Positions 1-11,299 of a stretch of DNA of 64,000 nucleotides are shown here, in pieces. Location: contig CM060731.1 in the NCBI GenBank assembly GCA_030704615.1, positions 10,230,001 to 10,294,000 on the forward strand. The letters run 5' to 3'. This DNA comes from Takakia lepidozioides (lineage: Eukaryota; Plantae; Bryophyta). Numbering within the stretch: position 1 is the first letter of the stretch; each line of letters begins with the position of its first letter. The notes below the pieces were generated by a model, which was given only the letters and a program-made list of their open reading frames with translations, did no database searches and was not told where the DNA came from. The translations under genes were made by a program, and so were the position numbers.

Positions 1-123
1 TTATGTCCCGGTGAGCAGCCGAAACTCCAAGTTGGCCCGGCGGCCAGGTTGGGAGTCAGGCGCGCGCATCAAAGCGAGTAACTATGACTTGAAGGGGAGT
101 TTACCGAAGTGAGGTGTGCGACA
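1..123 (+). repeat. 3' end of the 5' LTR of copy 1
   Basis: Matches 6238-6359 except for one A indel; ends in CA just before the PBS. Confidence 0.95.
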
Positions 124-125
124 CT

Positions 126-137
126 TGGTATCAGAGC
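126..137 (+). promoter_or_regulatory. Primer binding site, tRNA-iMet
   Basis: TGGTATCAGAGC, 2 nt after the LTR end; the canonical plant iMet PBS. Confidence 0.95.
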
Positions 138-178
138 TTAGAGTTCAGTACGCGATCGTCCTTGGGATTGGCCTCATC

Positions 179-1255
179 ATGGGGTCGGGCAAGCCGAAGC
201 GAAAGCGGAACGGCCCAAAAGATGATGATCCCGGTGAGCCCGATGGGGGCGACGTGTCACCGAGGCGGCCGTTTGAGGAAGCGATATGTTTCCGAAAACG
301 AGGCCGCTCAGAGCGGGAGGAATCCGAGGAGTCGGAGCCCGAGGAATCTTTGAGAGCTCCGACAAACCAAGAGATGCCTCCCATGCCGGCAGCCTTTTGG
401 GAAGGGTTGTTGGCGCAGTTTGGCGGGACGTTGAAAGACGTGTTGAAGGCGGCTAATGCCACTTCCACCAAGGCAAAGTTTAAGGTGAAGCCTAAGGAAC
501 CCGGCACCTTCGAGGGCGTTCGAAACCGGAAGGCACTCAACACCTGGCTCCTGGAGCTAGAGCAGTACTTCCGGGCGGCCAAGTTGAGTGACGAGGATCG
601 GGTGGAAGTGGCTCCCACCTATTTGAGGGGCTATGCTCAACAATGGTGGCAGAAACGCCTTCACGACCGAGGCCCAAGCCCGGAAACCTTGAACTGGAGT
701 GAGTTCAAGGAATTGATGAAGAGACAGTTTGTGCCCCTCAACGCATCCTGGCTTGCCCGGGACAAGATGAGGAATTTGAAGCAAACAGATGACATTCGGG
801 GGTATGTCCAGGCTTTCAATGTGCTGTTGCTCGAAGTCGCGGACATGGCAGAACCAGAAATGGTCTTCAACTTTGTGGCGGGACTGGCCCCATGGGCTAG
901 GCGGAAGTTGGAGGAGAAGCCACCCAAGACTTTGAACGAGGCAATTGAGAGAGCTGAATGTTTCTCGGATGTCCCTAGGGGTGAGAGACAAGGCCGTACG
1001 GAGCTGAACCACAAGAAGACCCGGCGGGAAGGTGACTCCTCCCGACCGGAAAAGAAGTGGGATAGGCCACGCGGCGAAAATGGCACGTGGAAATCGAAGG
1101 GAGGGCCTTCACACGTCAAGGCGGCACCCGGTGCTTCGAAAGGAAAAGGGTGTGGAGCGACTTATGGCGGACAGAAGGCGACCTTTGATGGAGTGTGTTT
1201 CAATTGCGGGGAGCCCGGGCACATGGCCAAGAAGTGCACGAAGCCCGGCAATTGA
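179..1255 (+). CDS. gag: Gag with CCHC zinc knuckle
   Basis: Retrotransposon gag-type helical region (AQQWW...LMKRQFVP...NLKQ...FVAGL) and CFNCGEPGHMAKKC. First ATG is at 179. Confidence 0.88.
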   Translation: MGSGKPKRKRNGPKDDDPGEPDGGDVSPRRPFEEAICFRKRGRSEREESEESEPEESLRAPTNQEMPPMPAAFWEGLLAQFGGTLKDVLKAANATSTKAKFKVKPKEPGTFEGVRNRKALNTWLLELEQYFRAAKLSDEDRVEVAPTYLRGYAQQWWQKRLHDRGPSPETLNWSEFKELMKRQFVPLNASWLARDKMRNLKQTDDIRGYVQAFNVLLLEVADMAEPEMVFNFVAGLAPWARRKLEEKPPKTLNEAIERAECFSDVPRGERQGRTELNHKKTRREGDSSRPEKKWDRPRGENGTWKSKGGPSHVKAAPGASKGKGCGATYGGQKATFDGVCFNCGEPGHMAKKCTKPGN

Positions 1256-4200
1256 ACATGACTCGGGCGACCACGGAGCTGTCGGAAGATACCATCAGTC
1301 GCTTGGTGGAAGCGGTGGTCGCCAGGACTTGCAAGGTAGGCAAATTTTCTTGTGAGTTGTATCAGGAAACTGGCGCCTTACGAAAAGGGAGTCAGTTATT
1401 GTTCGTGGATGGGATAATATCCGGAACTAATGTGTCGTTGTTGGTGGACACAGGAGCGTCGCACTCCTTCATGACGCCGGCGGCGGCGCGAAAGTTGGGA
1501 CTCCCGACAAGTGACGTGGGGGCCCTATTGAGGTGCGCTCTGCCAAAGGAGAACCTCAGTTGGCGACAAGGTTGGCGTTTGATGTTCCTCTTCAACTGGG
1601 GAGTTGGGAGGGACGTGAGAACTTCACTATCTGCGAGATCGATGGAGTGGATCTCATTTTTGGGATGACCTTTTTGAGCAAATCCGGAGCGGTCATAGAT
1701 GGCCGCAAGAGAGTAGTCACGCTGCCATGTGGGAATGGTGGCGAGGTTTTACGAGTGTCGGAAACGCCCAAATCCGTGGGAGGGCGAATAAACCTTCTAT
1801 CAGCAAAGGAGTGGGCCGTGGAGGAGACACACGAGTCCCAGTTTTTGCTTTACATTAGAGAAGTGAAAGGAGAAGGCGATGGGGAGCCGAGCCCAGATTG
1901 GATCAAGGGGATTTTGGAGAAATACCAGGATGTGATGCCGGAGGATTTACCAAGCGGCTTGCCGCGAAGAGAGTTGACCACAAAATTGAGGTGATACCGG
2001 GATCGGAACCGCCTGCCAAGGCGCCCTACCGGTTGAGCCACAAAGAGTTGGTCGAGCTGAAGACTCAGCTCAAAGATCTAATGTCAAAGGGGTACATCCG
2101 GCCGAGTAAGTCACCTTACGGAGCCCCGGTGCTATTTGCAGACAAGAAGGATGGGACGCTGCGGATGTGTGTCGATTACAGGGCTCTGAATAAGGTGACT
2201 ATCAAAAACCGGTACCCTTTGCCAAGGATCGACGACCTCTTCGATCGGTTGGCAGGAGCGAAGTATTTCAGCCGGATCGACTTGCGCTCCGGCTATCACC
2301 AAATTCGGGTGGCGGAAGGAGATGAGGAGAAGACCGCGTGCAGGACAAGGTATGGTTCATATGAGTTCTTGGTGATGCCTTTTGGGCTCACCAATGCACC
2401 AGCGACATTTAGCACGCTGATGAACAGCCTTTTCCAGGAGTGGTTGGATGACTTTGTGATCGTGTACATCGACGACATCTTGGTGTACTCGAAAACAAAG
2501 GAGGAGCACCTGGAGCACCTCAAAAGGGTGTTCCAAAAATTGCGAGAAGGGAAGCTGTATGCCAAAGCTTCAAAGTGCGAATTCGGGGTCACAAAAGTGG
2601 AGTTCTTGGGGCACGTGATTACACAGGATGGGATCAAAATGGATGACAGAAAGGTGAGGGCGATCTTGGACTGGGAGCCTCCGACTTCGGTCCCGGGAGT
2701 GCGATCCTTCCTAGGACTCGCCTCCTATTACCGGAAGTATGTGAGAAATTTCGCCAAGATCGCGGGGCCGCTGTCGGACCTTCTGTGTAAATCCAAAGTC
2801 TGGGTATGGAACACATTTTGTGGCCAAGCTTTGCTGAATTGAAGCAGCGGATGACGGAAGCTCCAGTCTTAAAAATCCCGGAGTTCGATCGTCCGTTTGA
2901 GATTCATACAGATGCATCGGACTTCGCAATTGGGGGTGTACTTATGCAAGATGGACGTCCAGTGGCTTACGAAAGTAAGAAACTGAATGAAGTGGAGCGA
3001 CGGTGGCCGACGCACGAAAAAGAGATGAAGGCGGTGGTGGTACATTGCCTTGAACTCTGGCGCCACTATGTTGGTTCCAACCCAGTGAAGGTGTTCACGG
3101 ACAATGTCACGGTGAAGTATTTTGCCACGCAGCCCAAGTTGTCCCCAAAACAACTTAGGTGGCAAGATACTTTGGCAGTGTTCGACGTGGATATCCAGTA
3201 CAAACCGGGACGGGACAATGTGGTGGCCGATGCTTTAAGTAGAAAGCAGCAGCTCTTGTTGGTGTACAAGGGCGAGACGGCGCTCCAAAGGAAGATCCGG
3301 AAGGCTTGCCGGAAGGATGAGCTGGCAAAGTGCGTGATGCAGACTTGAGAATGGGGGTTAAATCGCAGTTCCACTTGCAAAACGGACTGCTCCGGTATAA
3401 GCAAAAACGTCTCTATGTGCCAAAGGGAGGGATCAGGGATAGTCTCTTGAGAGAATGCCATGATAGCCCGCTTGCGGGCCACGGTGGAGCCAAGCGCACT
3501 GCGGCACTCTTGAAGAAAGAGTATTTCTGGCCCAAACTGAGGGAGGAGGCAGAGGAGAGTATGTAAGACATGCACCACATGCCAACAAAACCGGAGCGAG
3601 TAAAAAAGCAAGCGGGGCTGTTACAACCCTTGCCGATTCCAGAGGGGACTTGGGAAAGCGTCTCGATGGATTTCATGACTGCTATGCCGCTGTCAAAAGG
3701 ATTCGATGCAATCATGGTGGTGGTGGTAGATAGGTTCAGTAAAATGGCCCATTTCATCCCCACCAAGGAGACGGCAACTGCGCAGGAGACAGGGCGACTT
3801 TACTTCGCCCACGTCTTAAAGCATCATGGAGTCCCGAAGGATATTGTCTCGGACCGCGACCCAAAGTTTACGAGTAAATTCTGGAGAGCACTTTGGAAGA
3901 AGATGGGGACGAGGCTGAAGATGAGCACCGCCTTCCGACCTACGACGGACGGCCAAACGGAAAGAGTGAATTCCGTAGTGAAGCAATTCTTGCGGAATTA
4001 CGTGTCGGCAGACCAATCAGACTGGATGGAACACTTAGACGCGGCAGAGTTCTGTTATAATAACACAGAACACTCCGCGACGGGAGTTTCCCCTTTGTGT
4101 TGGTCTATGGAAAAGCACCTCTGGTGCCGACAAGTTGGGCCGCCCAGGACGTTGAGGAACCGGCAGTAGCGGCGGTACTGGAAGAACGCGAGCGTTTGTT

Positions 4201-4734
4201 GAAGCTCGCAAAGTACAACATTGCCAAAGCTAGGAAACGGTATGAAAGGCAGGCGAATCGGAAGCGGAGGGAAGTGAAGTTTGAGGCAGGCACAGAGGTC
4301 TGGTTGAACATCAAGAATTTTCGACTACCTCCGGAAATGAGTCCGAAGTTCGTACCTCCGTATGCGGGTCCCTTTCGCATTCGGAGGGTTATGAATGAGG
4401 ATGTGTATGAATTGGAGCTGCCAGCAAACAGCAAGGTGCACCCAGTATTCCATGTCTCCCTTTTGAAGCCTTACTTCAAAGATGAAGCACGTCCGAATCG
4501 GCAGCAAGTGTTGCGTCCGCCACCTATGCTGTTGGATCATGAAAATGAACCGAGTACGAGGTGGAGGCAATACTTAAGTCGAGGAGGTTCAAGAACCGAG
4601 AAACGGAGTATCTCGTCAAATGGAAGGGCTATCATCTTGTGGAGGCATCTTGGGTGCGTGCCTCAGAAATGGGAAACGCATCCGAGGCAGTTGCAGCGTT
4701 CGAAGGGCGACCTCAAAAGCGGAAGAAGCGTTGA
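1256..4734 (+). pseudogene. pol: Frameshifted pol: aspartic protease, RT, RNase H, integrase, chromodomain
   Basis: LVDTGAS (PR); [14 protein letters not shown] (RT); TDASDFAIG (RH); HDSPLAGH and SMDF...SDRD...DGQTE (INT); YEVEAIL...YLVKWKGY (chromodomain). Split over about 8 ORFs by small indels. Confidence 0.93.
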
Positions 4735-4750
4735 TGGGGACATCAACCTT

Positions 4751-4768
4751 GGAGCGTGGGGGAGGAAA
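4751..4768 (+). other. Polypurine tract
   Basis: GGAGCGTGGGGGAGGAAA directly before the TG that starts the LTR; the same tract precedes the copy 2 LTR. Confidence 0.75.
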
Positions 4769-6359
4769 TGCATGCTTAGCCCGGTTTAGCTAGCTCAGGA
4801 ATCCGATTGCAAAAACTTGTATTGTACAAAAATTTGTGATAAAGGAAATGGGTTCCAAATATTGTGCGTCCTATTGTGTTTGGAATGGTGATGCATGGTG
4901 TGGTTGGCTGGTGTGTAGAATGCATGCTAGCTTACAAAAGTGGGAGAGGTAAATTGGGTTAATCGTGTGTTTGCGCAGTGCCGAAATCGGGTGACTCCCA
5001 TCCAAGGGGCAAGGAAACTTGCGCCTTATTTGGGAGTTCAAGTGCTAGTGCGCACCTGGCGCGTGCGCTACTATAACTGCGCTACCGAGGGGGTTGCCTT
5101 GTAGTGCGGGCTAACGCGGAAGCTACGTGCTTCCGTTCACGTACTAATCGTGTAGCCTCGGGACGAAGTCGTAGTGCGGCTTCGGCGTGTTCCCGTACCT
5201 CAGGCCAGCATTCCAAGGCGGACCCAATTGTAGTGATTGGGGCGCACGGTTGGTTCAAGGTTATCTTCCTAGTCAAAGAGGGTTTCAGGTGAACCCTTGC
5301 TCAAGGTGATGCCAAAAGCGGCATCATGAGCGATCGCAAGCAATGTTGTTGCAGTAAGGCGATTCGATCCTCGGGGAGGATCGTTCCTTGGCCTTGAAGT
5401 AGGCCAAGAAGAGTGCACTGGGAGGAGCTGGAGAGGCTCCACCCTTGGCCGGGACTTGGAGGAAGTCGGCCGAACTAGCTAGTGGAGAGTGGAGTCAAGT
5501 GTGGGGTTTGGTTCTTTGCCATGGGACGCCATGGTACGGAAACAAACTCCTTGATGTGGGACGCCACAACTTGGATGTTCGTTTCTACAAAATGGACAAG
5601 TCGATGAGGACATCGACTCCCTGTTGGTAGGGGTGTGTGTCGCGGCCCTTTGCCTTGAGGGCAGGGGGTCGGGACACATGAGGGGCTGCCCCTGTGGTGG
5701 GGGCAGCGGCAGCGATAGGTATGGGGGGCTGAAGCACCCTTGAGTGCCCAAGGCACTCAAGGAGGCGGAGGCGCTCACTAGGTGGAGCCCCGCACACCGG
5801 GTTGCGGTGGAGGTGGCTCCACAAGGGGTGGTGGTAGCTTAGTGGGACTTAGTGGGGGTGGCATAGGACTCACCATGGGGTGGAGACCTCGAGGTGGGAG
5901 TCGTGGGGAGTCTTGGGACTCATCACGGTCCATTGGGGCCGCGGTGAGTGGGCCAAGACTCACCGCGACTCACCACCGGGAGTCGAGGGTTTTCGTGGTG
6001 GTTCGCCATAAAATGGCATGGCTGGTTATGAAACCCCCGCGGACAGCTACAGAAGTATATATAGGGAGTAGTAACCCCGAGAACGGTGCAAGCCCGTTGG
6101 TGACCAAAAACTAGTGAGTAAGCGAGCGAGCCGGAAAGCGACCAAAGAGTGGGGAGCTGTTCCGGACTGCCATCTACCAAAGGGAATTCTCCTAGTCCCA
6201 AATAGGTGGAGGGTTTAGAGGGAGCGGAAGGGGACCGTTATGTCCCGGTGAGCAGCCGAACTCCAAGTTGGCCCGGCGGCCAGGTTGGGAGTCAGGCGCG
6301 CGCATCAAAGCGAGTAACTATGACTTGAAGGGGAGTTTACCGAAGTGAGGTGTGCGACA
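4769..6359 (+). repeat. 3' LTR of copy 1 (about 1.59 kb)
   Basis: TG...CA; aligns end to end with 18747-20345 and at its 3' end with 1-123. Confidence 0.9.
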
Positions 6360-7965
6360 CGGTGGGCACCATCGAGTTGGATGATTTTATCCAAGAGTTT
6401 GATAGTTGGTGTGCAGCAAATGCGCAATCCACAACTATTTACGCCTTTCATGGCATGGAAGGGGCTGTTTCAGCACCTTGGGGCCGGATGATTACCATGA
6501 GTTCAGGCGGGGCATGAGGTTGAGATCAAGGAGTGGAGGTGTACTGGTCACCCGACTATGTCTCCATCACTAGGGGCTCTAGAGCCACGAGGGCAGTGGC
6601 TACACCTCTTCAGCAAGCAGCAGTGGGACTAATGGGACTGGTGGTACAGTAGCTATGACGTCCACCCAAGCCACTACCGCACCAGCACTAGCACCCGTGC
6701 CTGCCTTTAACCCTGTTGTGGAGTTCTTCGAAGAGTTGAGAGGGAACTACCAAGGTGATGAGAAGTTGCGGAGCTTGCAAGAGTTCCAATGGAAGCCGAC
6801 TGAGAGCTTGAGGGAGGCTTTCATCGCATGAGGTGCTTGATAAATGTAACCCAAGGGGTTACGGAAGCTCAGGCAGTCCAATTCTGGTATGGATATTGGA
6901 CAAGGAGCTGAGGAGAAAGGTGCGGGATGTAACTCTCCTACAAGTGGCCCAACCTACCTTAGCAAATGTGTTTTTGCTGGCAGAGCGGATAAAGCTCAAC
7001 ATGGTGAAGGAACGAGTGGTCATGGTGGGATTTGCTAAGGAGACACCACGGGGTAGTGGTGCTCCTAGCCAACCACTACCTCAACGTGCTCAAGGCAACA
7101 AGGGGGCTCAGGTGAAGCTCAGGGAAGGACAGAGAGGACCTCAGATGCAGGGGTCTCTCCCTTCATTTGCAGGCCAACAACGGGTGGAGGTGGTGTGTTG
7201 GACATGTGGAGGACCCCATGTCAAGAAGGATTGCCCAGAGGGAGGCAAATGGCACATGCACAGCCTGCACAGTTGCAGTGTGGGCATTGTGGCAAGCATG
7301 GACATGGAGAGGCCCAGTGTTATGGTTTGCATTTTGAGTTGCGCCCAGGCCAGTTCCAAGGGAACAATGGTGGTCGGGGGCGAGGTGGGGCAGCCCAGAG
7401 AGGACGAGATGGCCAGGCACGAGGTGCAGGCCAAGGGCAAGCTCAACATGGCCAAGGACGCGGAGGTCAGGGTGTTGACCAAGGCATGGCCAACCGGCTT
7501 CAGCAGCTAGAGCAGAGGCTCGCTACCATGGCTACAGCTCAGGTGGTACCGGCTCCAAGGCCGGATGGTCCACCTCCTGCTCCTGAGAGAGGAGATATGG
7601 GAGGCATGGGATTCATGTGCGGAGCAACACTACCACTAGTGCTGGTGGAGTCTGCTGCAGCCGTGACTCGAGGAGCAGCACGAGTTCCTGAGCCACGAGG
7701 TGCAGAGGTGGAGTTGGATCCACAGTGTGGGGAGGCAAGCCGTCAGGCTAGGCTTCCTCAGTCATTCACATTGGCAGAGACAGTGTCGACGCCATCCATG
7801 GCACCTAATTCTCGTCTGACAGTTACCGAGGCGGAGGTTACTATGCCATTGGGGAGAGCTACACGGGTAGCACCACTACCTAGTGTTGCCAAGGCTATAG
7901 CAGCTAGTGTGCTGCTGGGAGCGGCCACATCTGTGTACCAGGTCCATTGTTCTCGGCTACCATGA
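6360..7965 (+). pseudogene. Degenerate gag of the DNMT-carrying element
   Basis: VGTIELDDFIQEFDSWC, EKLRSLQEF, knuckles CWTCGGPHVKKDC and CGHCGKHGHGEAQC; frameshifted. Homologous fragment at 55555-55925 (minus). Confidence 0.8.
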
Positions 7966-8120
7966 TTGCGATGCCGGGGGTAAGACCAGCTGAGGTGTTC
8001 AGGCTGGCTGTGAGAGTAGGGAGGTTACTTCATCTTCTGCGGAGATAGTGGGAGGTGTAGTGCCGGAGGGATCCTCGGATTTGAGGGTCAAGACTGCCAC
8101 GGCAAGCTGCAGCTACCAGG

Positions 8121-9908
8121 TTGATGGAGCTGCCAGCTAGGCTAGCCATTGGGCGCACCATGGTGACACCTGGAGTTGTCATGTTAGACAACCAGGATGG
8201 CATTTTCTGTTTGAGTGGACCGACAGGCAAGAGGTACCGGCCACTGCGGGTCTTGTTGGACTCGGGAGGTCAGCCATTGATGCTGGGCAGAGCTGCTATT
8301 GCAGGCTTGGGCCTCACGGAGGCGGATATGGAGCCTTGTCCTTTCCAGATACAGACGTCTCTAGGAGGATCGGAGCAGGCTCGGGGCATGACACGGCGTG
8401 AGTTGGCTATCAGACTATGGCCGGATCACCCTACATCTGGCTCAGTGATGCGAGCCAAGGCCATTGTGACAGATGCAGTCTTGTACGATGTCCTAGTTGG
8501 TGGGGCAGTGTTGTACCCCATGGGCTTCACCCTAGATTTTTGGGAAGAGTCAGCTTCTGATAGGCCTGGATGGCAGTCAGGGGAGGGTCGGCGTGTGCAG
8601 CTCCCTGTGACGTTCATAGGAAGAGTTGCGGTTGCCCAGCGAGGCAAGATGCCGACACTAGCAGCATTCACAGTTGCAGTGGGTTGGCTTGGAGAGTTGC
8701 TTGAGGGCAACACTCATTCAGAGGATGTGTCACCTCCGGGAGAACAGGATGACATGTATGGTATGGCGGAGTTGCCTGCCATAATTGTTCAAACTCCATT
8801 GTGGGGCATGAGCAAGGATTTGCAGCAGGTTGCTGATCGACGGGTGCAACAAGCCTGGGTAGAGGCTTTTGTACCAGCAGGAAAGGAGGAGAGTGCGGGG
8901 ATTGCACCAGGACCGCCTCAATTGTCACCATTGGATACCACACCTATTGTGTGGCAGTATCCGGATGAAGGCATTTATCTTCTGGACTTGTTTGGCGAGA
9001 TCAACACCGGATTGGCTGCTGTGTTACAGGCATGTGTACGAGTTTGGCGTTACCTGTATGTGGAGAGGGATGAGACTGCACGACGCGTTTCACTTCGCCA
9101 TGTTGCTCAGTTGGTACAGCAGTACCTTGAGTTGTTGCCGGTGTCTGCAGTTCGTGGATATCAGCAGGCCTTGCCAGCAGACATTTTGTTGCTGGGGGCG
9201 CAAGATTTGGAGCGGGTTGGCTCCATTGATATGGTAGTGGCAGGTTGGCCCTGCCAAGGGCATTCATTAGCTTGGCATGGCAATGGATTGCGAGACTCGA
9301 GGTCGGGTCTGTTTTGGGAGATGGTGCGGGTTTTGCGTCACTTGCAGCTTCATCAAGCTGTATCTCCAACATACATCTTGGAGAATGTGCCACTGATGGG
9401 CGATTCTCGAGCCAGGGTAATGGCCAGTGTGCATCAAGCCCGGTCGTGGATTGGGTCAGCAGTGTTGCTAGATGCAGCTACAGTGGGGTCACGGGCTCAT
9501 CGTCCACGGCTATGGTGGACTAACTTGATGCCACCCGCACTGCTCAAGCGTGCATTTGATGGGGTGCAGCGGCCAGCACACCTCACAGTGGATAGCATTT
9601 TGGACACAGGGAGGCAGTCTCAGCGTGTGAGACACGATGACCATTCGCCTTTGGCAGTGGTCAACAAGGTGGGTCAACCACGAGCAGCATTACCTACACT
9701 GCTCAGCTTCCCAGGATCGCATGCTTTCCGGGATAGTGGACCTGGCCTCATGTGGGATACTCAGGTGCAACAGTTAGTGGAGCCTAATGCCGACGAGCGT
9801 GAGCGGGCAATGGGTTTTACCACTGGTACCACGACGGTGCCGTCTCTTTCTGAGGCATTACGTCGTCAGGTGTTGGGGCAAGCAATGGATCTCAATTGCT
9901 TGACCTAG
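8121..9908 (+). pseudogene. Aspartic protease fused to a DNMT3-like C5-cytosine methyltransferase (part of pol)
   Basis: PR VLLDSG (8259) and YDVLVG. DNMT motifs: I LDLFGEI (8982), IV AGWPCQG (PCQ 9249), VI LENV (9381), VIII RPRLWWTN (9501), IX ERERAMGF (9795), X RRQVLGQAM (9861). Confidence 0.9.
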
Positions 9909-10373
9909 ATTATCAGCTTGGCTATGGCTGAGCAACGCAGAGTGCGGAATACACTTCCCTCGATGGTCTCTCTACCTATCAAAACGGTACAGGTAGTGAG
10001 TGGGAGCGAGCATGAGAGGACCACGGGGTGCAGGCATCCATGGCACATGTGGGAGGTGCTCGAGGTTCAGAGGGAGTTGGCAGCCAGAGCGGCGGTGATG
10101 GATGAGGTTGGGGGTTTTTCTCGAGTTGAGGAAGTCCTCGAGGATGAGATGATGGGGCAGGATGAGGCCTTGTCATTGACTGAGTAGGTAGGGAGTATTG
10201 CTCAAGAGGTTGCAACATATCAACCACTGGACACGTCCTCTACCTCTAAGCCCACTGGACTTAAGGTTGCAGTTACGGAGGACAATTGGGAGCCTAACAT
10301 TGGACCCATTGGAGGAGAGAGACGACGTATACGGCGGTTCCCGAGGGCTTACAAGAATTGCTTTGCCTTCAGT

Positions 10374-11299
10374 TTGAAGGACTTGGGAGCACTGAAGGGT
10401 CAAGAGATTCGTATTGAGTTGGCCACTGACACGCCAATCTTTCGGAGACCCTATAGATACAGTGACATGGAGAGGTCTTTGATTCAGATGAGGACTCAAG
10501 ATCTCTCGGAGGCTGGTTTGGTGGAGCTCTCTGGTGGAGAGTATGCTTCAGCCACAGTGATGCCAGCCAAGAAGGATGTCTATGGCAATTGGACGGAGAG
10601 ACGTATGTGCGGTGATTACCGGCCTGTAAATCGTCAGACCAAGTCTGATAAGTATGCCATGCCAACACCATAAGAGATTTTTGATGTCATCGGGCATGCT
10701 AAGGTCTTTAGCACTTTGGATTTACGATCCGAATATCACCAATTGCCGATCAAGGAGGCGGACAAGCAGAAGACAGCATTCTAGGGGATCAATGAGCACG
10801 GCAAGGATTGCCTATATCAGTGGCGGTTCTTACCATTTGGGCTTAAGAACGCTCCCGCAGAGTTTCAGAGAGTCATGGATAGGATTCTAGCAGGGGTGGA
10901 CTTTGCTCGGTGCTACATAGATGACATCATCATCTTTAGTGCTATGGTGGAGGAGCATGAGAGACACCTTCAGGTGGTATTGGAGCGCTTGAGAGCGCAC
11001 GGATTGAAGTTGCATCCGGGGAAGTGCAAGTTTTTCCACAACCAGATTGAGTATCTGGGTCACATGATATATCCTGCAGGATTGGGGGTACAGCAGACTA
11101 AGGTAGAGGCCATTGCACAAATTCCACGCCCCACGGATGTGAGCCGAGTTCGAGCTTTCATGGGGTTGGCAAACTATTATAGACGGTTTGTCAAGGGATT
11201 TAGTGCCATTGCAAAGGCTCTAACCAAGCTGACCAAGGTGGACCAGGAGTGGCAGTGGGAAGATGAGCAGGAACGAGCTTTTCAAGAGATCAAGGCGAG
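10374..11299 (+). pseudogene. Reverse transcriptase of the DNMT element, same frame as PR-DNMT
   Basis: RRMCGDYRPVN, LPFGLKNAP, CYIDDIIIF, FMGLANYYRRF; in-frame stops at 10671 and 10782; truncated before RNase H. Confidence 0.92.

Larger units (their letters stand above)
1..6359 (+). mobile_element. Ty3/gypsy chromovirus LTR retrotransposon, copy 1 (5' LTR truncated by the window edge)
   Basis: LTR end ...GTGTGCGACA at 123, PBS, gag-PR-RT-RH-INT-chromodomain order, PPT, and a 3' LTR ending in the same sequence at 6359. Confidence 0.95.
6360..11299 (+). mobile_element. Ty3/gypsy retrotransposon carrying a C5 DNA methyltransferase (internal fragment)
   Basis: gag with two zinc knuckles, then one frame with protease, DNMT and RT. 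Cut on the left by copy 1 and on the right by a CACTA terminus. Confidence 0.88.

Noticed and set aside
1240-1260. Programmed gag-pol frameshift or readthrough
   Set aside because: No slippery heptamer is evident and the element has many other indels, so a simple lesion is equally likely.
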